A stretch of 64,000 nucleotides of DNA from Octopus sinensis (lineage: Eukaryota), in assembly GCF_006345805.1 (NCBI RefSeq), contig NC_042999.1, positions 165,726,001 to 165,790,000 of the forward strand, written 5' to 3'. Positions 53,021 through 64,000 of this stretch are shown piece after piece (the first letter of the stretch is position 1; each line of letters opens with the position of its first letter). The translations under genes were made by a program, and so were the position numbers. The notes beneath the pieces are model-generated. The model was given only the letters and a program-made list of their open reading frames with translations. It made no database searches and was not told the DNA's origin.

Positions 53021-54050
53021 ATCACAATCTAATTTCAACTTAAAAAAACCTAAAATTACATTAATCAATCACATAAAAACAAATGTAGGAATAATGAGCA
53101 AATATTGGCAAAATAATCCTGAAAGTCAACGTATTGTTCTTATCTTGATAGAAAAATACTCTTACTCTTTTACTCTTTTACTTGTTTCAGTCATTTGACT
53201 GCGGCCATGCTGGAGCACCGCCTTTAAATTACACTTTAAATTAATTCCATATAATGACAAAACAAAATTTCTAAAGCTTCAAGAACAATTATTACTCATC
53301 CATAACTCCATTATTCTTAATTTTTCACAATCAATAATTAATATCCTTCCCGAGTCATATAAATTCATAGGGTCAGTTTCCCAGTTTCTGTGGGGTATAT
53401 ATTCCTCACTTGGACAGGACACCAGTCCATCGCAGTGTTACTCATTTTTGGCAGCTGAGTGGACTGGGGCAATGTGAAATGAAGTGCTTTGCTCAAGAAC
53501 ACAACACATCACCCGGTTGAGGTATTGAAACCACAATGTTTTGATCATGAGCCCAACACCCCTAACCACTAAGACACATGCCTCCACCAATCAATAACTA
53601 ATATCATTGATACTGATAAAGATATCATCTATTTACATAAAATTATATGAACTATACATACATGCATACATATCGATAAATACATACATACATGTGTGTA
53701 TATATATGTAGTGGGAATGTTCAGCAGTCACATCACTACAGTGTTGCGTTTCGCTAGAATATTACCCAAATGATCAACAAAATCTGACCAATCAAGACTT
53801 TACATGGAATAGGCTCCGGTGACAATTTCATCTTTTGGCACACTTTCTTCTGAGTCAATCCATCAGTATAAATTCAGCAGACCTTGACAACTTGATGGAG
53901 AGCTTTGGGATGCAGTCGTGAGAACATTGAGAGACAGTAATAGACAAGACATCAAATGGACAGTGAACAGACATGGACAGCTGCTGGCGACAACCACAGT
54001 GAATAATCAGTGACAGGAACACAACGACCAGCAGCTGACTTTTTGACTAT

Positions 54051-54473
54051 TCTTTTACTCTTTTTACTCTTTTACTTGTTTCAGTCATTTGACTGCGGCC
54101 ATGCTGGAGCACCGCCTTTAGTCAAGCAAATCGAGCCCAGGACTTATTCTTTGTAAGCCCAGTACTTATTCTATCAGTCTCTTTTGCTGAACCGCTTAGT
54201 GACGGGGACGTAAGCATACCAGCATCGGTTGTCAAGCAATGCTAGGGGGACAAACACAGACACACAAACACATACACACACATACATATATATATATATA
54301 TACATATATACGACAGGCTTCTTTCAGTTTCCATCTACCAAATCCACTCACAAGGCATTGGTCAGCCCGGGGCTATAGCAGAAGACACTTGCCCAAGATG
54401 CCATGCAGTGGGACTGAACATGGAACCATGTGGTTGGTTAGCAAGCTACTTACCACACAGCCACTCCTGCACC
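54051..54473 (-). mobile_element. SINE family A, full length
   Basis: Complete reverse complement from the ggtgcaggagtggctgtgtggtaag head to the (agtaaaag)n tail. Confidence 0.92.
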
Positions 54474-57400
54474 TACTATTACAATTACATCAAGAACAAT
54501 AACATTCAAACACTCTCAACATTTTTTCATTTGCAGTAACAACTGTATTTTCTTTAGAAATACTAAATTTCTAAAGACATGTACGGTGGTGGGGCGATAG
54601 AATGGTTGTATACTGCCAATCTAACGAAGGACAATCATCCTGAAACACGTGTCCCTAGATGCAGCCCGGGTGGCTGGGGTTATTTGTCTCACCTTCGTAA
54701 ATGTATATAAGGACACAGGAAAAATGTGTCAAAGCCATCAGGAGGCGTCGATGCTTCCTAGGGCTAAACTACTGTCACGTGTTAGATTGACAGTATACAA
54801 CCATTGTATTTTCTTTTTCTGTATGAAAAGAATAAAAGTTTTATTTGTCATAAATCACAACAGTCACTGGTGTTCTTTATTTGTACACACACACACACAT
54901 ACACATATGCACACACACATACATGCCTGTCTAGCTATATATCTATCTGCCCTTGCTTCTATTTTCATTTCTACTTTTTTACTTTCTTTTTCTTTCTTCT
55001 TGAATTTCCATTTCCATTTGATGTCCTGTTTTAGTCTTGTCTCAACTCATCAATCTACCTCCATACACATACAATGACTTTACACCCCACTTCTTCTTCT
55101 TCTGCTGCTTCCCTTCTCTTCCTTGTTATCTACATCACCATCATCACCATAATGATTATAACCATTTAACTACTATAATCATTACTATGATCATCACCAT
55201 AATAACCATCACCATCATCACCATGATAACTATAACCAATGTAATCATCACTATCATCACCATAATCACTGTAATCACATTTTCAGTTTTGCATTTCAGG
55301 CAATTTATTTTACCTTTATAAAAATTAGCCCTTCACCTTTTCTCTCTTCTAGTTCTCACTCAGTTGTCATAGTAACTGTAATTTCTCCTTCCCTTTCACC
55401 TTCAACCTCATCTTCACCATCTGCTACCAATATCCCCACCAATCATCTTCAACCATTTGTGTAATCAAAAATTCAATATTGTTATAGACTGATAAATTTT
55501 ATAAACAAACATCAGATTCATGTTATTCATGCAGTGAAGATTTGCAAGAATTAACTCTCTCTTGTGGCTGATATTGAAGTAATGGTCCCATAAGCCAGCC
55601 CCAATCAAGGAAACTCAAGCATTTTCTTGTCAAGAATATGTCATGCATTCAGATATAATCCATCTTTTTTAGGATCCTTTCTATTGTTGTTTAGCCTCAG
55701 GTCAGAGGCATTGCAACTGTGACAATCCAATGAGATCTTTTTTTTGCTAACCCTTTATCGTGTAATGTTTATTTATTCGCATTGTTTTGAATTAATCATG
55801 TATTATCTTGTAGCTTTGAGATTTTGATGAGGTAACTGTTAATTTTTACAATGATATTGTAGGGTTGGTGTGAAAGGCCAGATCTGGCCAATTTGAACAC
55901 GACACAGGTAGAATATTTTAGCCAGATATGGTCAGCTTAAATGCTAAAGAGTGTAATTTGAAAGGATTTAGTTGCTATTTCTATGGGGCTACATTATCCA
56001 GTCTTGTCTTCCTTTTCTTTTTCTTTGGGTTAATTGTTCTTGTTTATTCCATTGTCAGTGAAACATTCCCACTGTGACCATGCCATTTTTTTTTTTTTTG
56101 TATACCTCAAAATTCATTATCCTAGTCATGAGTAACCTATTGCCCATAGAACTTTTTAAATGGCATGTCTAATGAAAAATCACCTTGAATTCCTTTTATA
56201 GTGTGACCCACTTAATGGTAAGCGTTTCATGACAAAGGTTGCCCATGCCTGCATTATCCAATGAGTTCTTCTAATGTAAGTTGAGGGAATGTAGTTGCCA
56301 TTTCTAGCAAAAAAGAGTACCATAAAAGCTTCCATGTGTGGATGATGTTGGTAGTGGTATTACTGTGTAACAACAGGTCAGACTTGTTCTGGTAGATTTA
56401 GGATTAAAAAATGATCACCATGTGGCTATTCTATTCTTTTATTCTGACATAGTGTAGCCAAAATTACAAAATCCAGTATAGAACTTCTGTTCAGATCACA
56501 CCCTTTCAATGTAAATGAAGTGAAACAGCTACTGCTAAGGATTGAATTGATTTTGCAAAAATGGTGTTTACCAAAGTTTATATACTCTTTATTTACATGC
56601 TACCTAGTCAAACTCACTTGTAAGTGACAGCTAAGGTTCCTCCTATATCCAGGATACCTATAATAGCATCAAATGTTATTGGCTTGTCCCTATCCTCTTA
56701 GCTCTGTGCTATAACATCTGTTATCTATTCGTGTCACCTACAGTATGTTAAATGTTCATTTTGGTTTGACATTCTCATAGTTGAATTCTGTGTCGTGTCT
56801 GATATGTCAGGTGTAGCCTGTGGCATGTTCACATGATAGGTAATAAACCTGCAGTAGAAAGTTTAATCCTCTTGTTCTCACCTTTATCGTTGAAATACAG
56901 AGCTTTTGTTTCAATTAATTTGGGAAATTGTGAAGAATTTAGAAAAATAATTTTGTCATTATTAACCTGGTGTTTTGAACATAAACGAACATGACATTTG
57001 GAGAGAAGGTCTTAATTTAGATCACTTTAAAGCAGGAAACGTATATCATATAACCATGGGCAGTCTCAGGTGGACTGGTATGGAAAGGGTAAGATCTAAG
57101 TTTTCACCCTCATTACACACAGGCCTCCACCAACAGGTGGATGTCTTCTTCAGCTATCAGTTCCTTATTATCAGTTTTAACTACTTTTAAACATCTCAGT
57201 TCATATCAGTGGCACTTCATCTAAACCTTAGCCAAAGTAATTTTACTCTCAATTGCACAGTTTCTCTCTTACCATTGGATCTATATCTAACCTTATGATA
57301 GAATTGGTATCTCTTCCACTCTCTTATATCAGATCAAGTGTAGTGTTACCTACCTTGATAAAAATAAAGAAATATGGAAGATGTATGGCGGTCTCAAGGG

Positions 57401-58169
57401 TATTAGCCTCCTCAAGATTATCATTTAAATATTGTAGAATGGTCATCATATACACATGGAAACAACTAAATATTATCTGATAGTCAATAAACATCATAGA
57501 GACACTTAAATATTGTATGGCAGAGAACACACATATGAGGACATTAGATATTGTACAGTCAACATACTTGTATGAGTCTTTCTACGATTATGTAGCAATG
57601 TACTGTACTTGCTCTCATGGAAACATTTAAACGTTACAGTAAACTCTCATACAAGGATACCAAGATAGCTAAACATTGTATAAAAGTTCAACACATATAC
57701 ATGTGTATATCCAGACATTATATAGAAGTATATACAAACACATACACATGTGAAAAGTGACATTTGAAGTCATCTATCAGAAATAATAGGCTGACATTTT
57801 ATATAATTAACTTTTATATTTTGCTGTTTGTATTGATTTAGATGGTAGCTAGATTTTTTGTTTTTTTTTAGATTTCTTTATCCTATCATGTGATCTAGAA
57901 TGTTTCTTATGACTTCAATTATTCTATGTCTCTAAATTCAGAGAGTCATATATCCTGTCAAACAACTATTTCTCTCTCATTTATTTTCATATGAAGGTTC
58001 TGGTCTGAAATCTTAATCTCTGCTTCTTGTGACACATCAACATATTCCTCGATCATATAGAATCCGTTTAGCACTACACTTTATTTTCACACTATCTAAC
58101 ACTATACTTTATTTCTATGCTACACAATACTTTTTCATTGCTTTATACCTTCTTCCAGGGGTACTCCTC

Positions 58170-58780
58170 AACTTCTTTTGCCCTCATTCAGCTCACCATA
58201 AACTACAGCCTTTGGCATTCTGGATTTGGCTGTACATGAGATGTGGCTCAGCCATCTAAGCTGTCTGAGCCACAGCATAGTTTCACTGCTCAGGACATTT
58301 CTAGAGAATTTTGTTGTTGACGATGTGTGCCTTCCATGAGATATCTATGACAGAGCAAAAGCATCTCTAGCAGAAGTGTTCCAGTAGCTCGACCTGCTTT
58401 CTGTACTACACCTAAGCTTCTAACCTGTAGAGGAGAGTCTTCTAGACTTTGTTCCTGGTAATGTAGGAGACCCCTGAAAGTGTTTCAAAGACTAACTGAA
58501 ATGCTAACTCACACCACATAAAGCCCACAGAGTCCCACAGAGAGGGAAGGAATTGCAGCACAGGGGCCGGTGTGGTGAGATTGCATCTCGACCACTTTAA
58601 ACAATTTTGAGGCCAAAGCAACAGCAGTAGATAAGAAATGTCAAAGAAGGAAAAAAGTCATTATCATGATTCCATCTGACCAAAACCTACATATTTGCAC
58701 CAAGTGCACCGGAGCCTATTATTCAAGGATCAGTTCACATAGACACTCAAGTGCTTGCAACTCTTCCTCATCATCTTCAG
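58170..58780 (+). mobile_element. Highly degenerate RTE (BovB-like) LINE 3' fragment
   Basis: Broken RWLSHL, SRSVPVARPA and a terminal CTKCTGAYYSRISSHRHSSAC (cf. CxxCxRxxxSRIGLxSHxRxC). Confidence 0.45.
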
Positions 58781-59358
58781 ACACAAAGAATTGCCATCAT
58801 CCCCTTATATCTTACTTCTGACTTCACTTACTTCCATACATCACTTCACTTTATACTCCCTCTCACTTCCTCATAGATAACAGTGTTAAATAAAGACAGA
58901 ATGGTGTTCCATGCAGATGCAGAGGTGTTTATCGTAGACAGGATGTTGTTTCACATAGATGTGTTTGGTATTTATCATGCACTTGATAGTATTTAGGATG
59001 GTGTTTAAGCATCAATGTGTGGTGTTTAATTTGGTTGCATTGGCATTTAGTATGGCTTACAAGGTGTTTATCTTCAACTAGATGTTGTTTGGTGTTTGGG
59101 TTGATTCATTCAATTAAAAATTCTTCAAGAGACCGATAAAATAAGTACTAGGCTTACAAAGAATAAGTCCTGGGGTTGATGTTTTCGACTAAAACTGGTG
59201 CAGGCATGGCAGTGTGGTAAGAAGCTTGCTTACCAACCACATGGTTCTGGGTTCAGTCTCACTGCATGGCAGCTTGGACAAGTGTCTTCCCCTATAGCCT
59301 CGGGCCGACCAAAGCCTTGTGAGTGGATTTGGTAGAAGGAAATTGAAAGTAGCCTGTC

Positions 59359-59389
<31 letters not shown>

Positions 59390-59397
59390 AATGCTGG

Positions 59398-60029
59398 GTA
59401 CACTTAAACACACAAGAGGCATCCATCATAGGATTCCTTGCGCACTAGAGAGGACAGTTAAATTCCAAACCACTATTAGGGATAAAATTTCAAAGGGAAT
59501 GAAAAATAAAAACATTTACCATCTAATTCCTGGACCAATGGTTTCAGACTTTTTTTTAGCAAATAAAATAATTTGCTAGGTGAAGTCTTCTTCAGCAGGT
59601 ATACCTTAGATTAAATATATATACATGAGGCAATCCAGTATATGCCCCATGCTTATACATTCAAATTTTTGAAATCTACTGCGCAAGCACAGCTCCTTGT
59701 TGGCAGTAAATAAAATGCTGGTTTTTCTATTCGAAAATTTTTCAGAAAAATTATCAATAATTAATAATATCAAAGGGTAATTAGAAATATTTGAAATTTC
59801 CATTACCAGTGGCCTAGCATGTAAAAATTTAGTCAATAGACTATATATTATTCACATAAATACAGTGTACATTTAAACATACAAGAGGCATTCATCATAG
59901 GATTCCTTGCACGCTAGAGAAGACAGTTAAATTCCAAACCACTATTAGAGATAAAATTTTGAAGGGAATGAAAAATAAAACATTTACCATCTAACTCCTG
60001 GACCAATGGTTTCAGACTTTTTTTTAGCA
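59398..60029 (-). mobile_element. Penelope-like terminal repeat in partial-tandem arrangement
   Basis: 59398-59561 and 59867-60029 are diverged direct repeats of ~163 bp. The repeat boundary falls inside a hammerhead stem II. (TA)n lies at both outer ends. Confidence 0.7.
59529..59599 (-). ncRNA. Type I hammerhead ribozyme, intact core
   Basis: Minus strand: cctg CUGAAGA agact-tcacc-tagcaaat-tatttt-atttgcta-aaaaaa-agtct GAAA cc att g GUC cagg. Stem I cctg/cagg, stem II agact/agtct plus 8 bp, stem III ACC/GGU, GUC cleavage between 59533 and 59532. Confidence 0.88.
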
Positions 60030-60149
60030 TTGATATTGTTAATTATGTATATATACATATATATATATATGTGTGTTAGCACGGATGCCAGTCATCAAAT
60101 TTGATTTTGATTTTGAAATCAAAATTAAATTCGATGACTGACATCCATG

Positions 60150-60708
60150 CTAGCGGGGTGCAAAGAGCACCATACGAGCATAATCGTTGACAGAGCGGCT
60201 AACCGGCTTCCATGCCAGTGGCACATAAAAGGCACCATTCGAGTGTGATCGTTGCCAGCGTCACCTTACTGGCACTTGTGCCCGTGCTAGTAGGGTGCCA
60301 AGAGCACCATCTGAGCATGATCGTTGCCGGAGCAGCTAACTGGCTTCCGTGCCGGTGGCACGTAAAAGGCTCCATTCAAGCGTGATCATTACCAGTATCG
60401 CTTTACTGGCACCTGTGCCGGCGGCATGTGTAAAAAGATTCGAGCGAGGTCATTGCCAGTACTGCCTGACTGGCCCCGTGCTTGTGGCATGTAAAAAGCA
60501 CCTACTACACTCTCAGAGTGGTTGGTGTTAGGAAGAGCATCCAGCTGTAGAAACTCTGCCAGATCAATATTGGAGCCTGGTGCAGCCATCTGGTTCACCA
60601 GTCCTCAGTCAAATCGCCCAACCCATGCTAGCGCGGATGCAGTCAAATGACTGAAACAAGTAAAAGAATAAAAGAATAAAAGAATAAAAGAATAAAAGAA
60701 TAAAAGAA
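60150..60708 (+). mobile_element. RTE 3' UTR fragment fused to a family A SINE tail
   Basis: gtgccggtggcac units and gttggtgttaggaagagcatccagc..catgctagcgcgg are followed directly by atgcagtcaaatgactgaaacaag and (taaaagaa)n. Confidence 0.75.
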
Positions 60709-60909
60709 TAGTGTGTTTATCATAGAAAAGATGGTTTATATAAATAGTAAGGCATTTAGCAAAGATACATAGCATAGAAGCACTGATGTTTAGTATAGAT
60801 GGAATGCCATTTAGTATGGATAAGTTGACCTTGGGAAATTAGAGATGATATTTAGTATGCATCTATGTTAGTGGGTACCTTTAATTACTTCGTGTTTAGT
60901 GTGTGTTCA

Positions 60910-61335
60910 TTATCCTAGGTTAACAAATGATACAATCCAACAGTTATACAATGTTATCCAAGGCTAATTAATGGCACAATTCAATATTTGTATGGTGTTT
61001 TCCTAGGTTAACTAATGGTACTTTTAATGTTCTGTTGTTTGCACCTAAGTTAAACTCAGTATTCTGCTAAGTGATCTTAAATAATGACATATCTGCTGTT
61101 TCATAGTGTTATCCTAGGTTAACTACTGACATAAGCCAACATTTCTATACTGTTATTCTAGCTTAACTTATAATATATCCTAACTTTATACAGTATTAAC
61201 CAAGATTAACTAAATGCTCTACAAATCATTCCAGGGTTAAGTAATGATACATCCAATCTTCTACAGTGCTATATTAGGTTTACTCATGACTTGACCCTAT
61301 AACTTTATATTATTCTACACTCCTGAGCTTAATTC
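60910..61335. repeat. Degenerate ~44-bp minisatellite with conserved CCTAGGTTAAC core
   Basis: Core starts at 60914, 60958, 61002, 61044, 61113, 61157, 61200, 61231, 61273 and 61322 (mostly 42-44 bp apart). Confidence 0.75.
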
Positions 61336-61615
61336 AGTTATTACTGCGTCTTTATTTGAGGCATGAAATATCTAAGAAAAATAGTTAGAAAAATAGAATC
61401 TAGCCCAACAAGTTATATGTATATCTCTAGCCAATTCTTGTAGGTTACCTTTAACATTCCGCTGATGATTCTTAATGATAAACAATGGATAAACATTTCT
61501 AGATTGGCATAATTTCTGGCCTTATCTTATCAAGTGAATAAATATTCATATATATACATCTAATATATTTGATTCACTTTACATTTATAACTGCTGATTA
61601 ACAGTCAATGCTGTA

Positions 61616-61710
<95 letters not shown>

Positions 61711-61844
61711 GAGGGCATTATATATAATTAATATGTTCAATAAGAAATAATTATTTTCGAAATTTTTTCTCTTATGAGGTTTTCACGCTATCTACCTGAC
61801 AATTTCTTGTTAAGTTTTCCTTATTAAGTAGTTGTCCTTAATTG

Positions 61845-61898
<54 letters not shown>

Positions 61899-63034
61899 TT
61901 AGTTGTTTAGTGTTTGTCTTAGCCAACACAACTGAGATCATGCTGGAGCACAACCTTCAGAGTTGTAAGTTTTCTGTCTTACATGTAGCCTTTGTATGTC
62001 TAGGGACCCACTGCTTTTTTTTTTGCTTTTTTTTTTTTCAGTATAGGAGGCATCTCAGAGCATGAGATTGAGAATTATAGAAGCAGACTACACATACAGT
62101 ACATATACACCTAAAAGTAATTTTCAGATCAACATTTTGAAAGTATGATTAAATACATTTTCAAACACCTCTGGTTTGTATTATTTTATCAGGAAATCAT
62201 AATACAATATCCAAGTTCATATCCTTGTGAGACCTTTTACTAAATATAGTTTATATCATGTTGAAATACCTACCATTATGTAATTTATAAGTGTAATATT
62301 TAAATTTATACGTTTTATACCATAATGAGATATTTAGTCTAATATATTTATTCCACCCGTGAGCAACATTTTACCAGCAGCAGACCATACTACCAGAGCC
62401 TATAAGAGTGGGATTTGGCTGGTACACCAGTTTGGGGACCAGAGAAGGATGGAGGGCTCTTTGACTTTTTACTAGGAGCCACCCTTTAAAAAAAATTTAC
62501 AGCCCACTTGAAATTTGAGAAGACTTCTTTGCCTACAAGAACTCAAAAGCAGTCTTGTTTCACCTTGCTGAATTTCTTCCAGAGGACATGCATATCACTA
62601 AAAGAATACTTTAACATACATAATGGATAGTACAGGGTACATTATTTATCTTACCCGAAAGAAAATCATAAACATTTTATGAAAAGAAAGCGTGAGTGAC
62701 TGAGAGATAGACAGTAACAAAATATAATAGTCATACCTAAATATTATGCCTCTAAATTTTAGTAAAAATATAATTATGTAACCATCATATTATACATGTC
62801 ATACAAAAGGTGAAAAAGACCACCTTGTAACCTTAGTGCGACAGGATACCAATGTTTGGTTTATACGATGGTCAGGAAACTACACCGGTATGGAATTAAT
62901 ACACATCATAGCTTTAAATATTTGAAAATCAAATTCAATTTTTTCAAGGCTGCACCATTTCTGAGCCTTTCCAGGGCTAAACACACATACATAATCACAT
63001 GCACTAGCGTGTATACAGTAGATATATATGTATA

Positions 63035-63414
63035 GGCACAGGAGTGGCTGTGTGGTAAGTAGCTTGCTAACCAACCACATGGCTCCGGGTTCAGTCCCAC
63101 TGCGTGGCATCTTGGGCAAGTGTCTTCTGCTATAGCCCTGGGCCGACCAATGCCTTGTGAGTGGATTTGGTAGACGGAAACTGAAAGAAGCCTGTTGTAC
63201 ATATGTATATATATATAAGTGTGTGTGTATATGTATGTGTGTCTGTGTTTGTCCCCCTAGCATTGCTTGACAACTGATGCTGGTATGTTTACGTCCCCGT
63301 CACTTAGCGGTTCGGCAAAAGAGACCGATAGAATAAGTCTCGGGGTCGAGTTGCTCAACTTAAGGCGGTGCTCCAGCATGGCCGCAGTCAAATGACTGAA
63401 ACAAGTAAAAGAGT
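63035..63414 (+). mobile_element. SINE family A, near full length
   Basis: ggcacaggagtggctgtgtggtaagtagcttgc..ggttcagtccc..ctccagcatggccgcagtcaaatgactgaaacaagtaaaagagt. Confidence 0.92.
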
Positions 63415-64000
63415 ATATATGTACACACACACACACACACACACAATAAATGTACACATATATATGTGTGTGGATATAGGTGTGTCTTCGTGTGTAATCA
63501 AAATATGACTACTCCCATTAGATTAAAAAGAAGGGGAACTGCCAAAAGTATTCAAAAATTCAAAAATATAAAAATATCCTAAATAGTTTGAGAAAAAATA
63601 GATTCTGTAGGAATGTCACAAGGACAGCATTTCCCGATCATGGTTCCATGAGAAGTTGCAAGGAATTCCAGGATAGATATGGATAAACTGGGGAATTAGA
63701 TGTATTCAGCTTTATGTTTGTTTTTTGTTTTTGGTAATTTTTGTATTCACTTTTATATTTGTAGTTTTATTACACGTGTGTCACATATTCTTTTAAGAGG
63801 AAAAATCTTGGCATTTATATTTAGTAAGGAGAATCTTGAGGAAACAATTATGTCTTCATAGGCAATTGTATGAGAAATTGGTCTTAAAACAACATTTCTT
63901 CAGACATTTTTGTTTTGCAGTTTAATGACATAATCTCTTGAGGTATTTAAATCCTTTAAATCCATCATCACTGCAGGGTATCAGAAAGCACGAGAAAGCC

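Noticed and set aside
56617-56740. Minus-strand segment bounded by tgtag| and |gtgagt splice-like sites
   Set aside because: All three frames contain stops. A non-coding exon cannot be supported without transcript data.
57121-57153. Minus-strand CUGAAGA followed by a tccacc/ggtgga hairpin
   Set aside because: No GAAA, stem III or cleavage triplet follows.
61462-61490. CTGATGA-ttcttaatgat-aaac near a (TA)n tract
   Set aside because: Stem II and GAAA are both defective. At best an unrecognisable relic.
63035-63110. tRNA-like A/B box sequences (also at 3593, 40593 and 49445)
   Set aside because: These are SINE heads: no closed cloverleaf, and each continues into SINE body and tail.

Overview
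Eukaryotic, AT-rich, microsatellite-rich and repeat-dense DNA. The SINE/LINE families and (TA)n density suggest a coleoid cephalopod, probably Octopus (inference, no database check). The only convincing host coding exon is the first exon of a GDE1-type glycerophosphodiester phosphodiesterase (minus strand, 11514-11852); its downstream exons were not found in the window. The rest is intronic or intergenic. It contains four 5'-truncated RTE-clade LINE copies carrying a PHD finger inside the RT, a tandem array built from the RTE 3' UTR, CR1, Tx1/L1 and mariner fragments, many tRNA-derived SINEs and MITEs, an inverted beta-tubulin retro-fragment, and a probable old ND4-ND5 NUMT. The most notable unannotated signal is a set of type I hammerhead ribozyme (HHR) motifs read by eye: three with intact cores (20919, 22513, 59529) and several degenerate ones. 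They lie in Penelope-like terminal-repeat remnants with inverted or partial-tandem architecture, and one lies in the tail of a tRNA-headed SINE. Most ORFs in the supplied track are microsatellite or antisense artefacts. No CRISPR, rRNA or true tRNA genes were seen.
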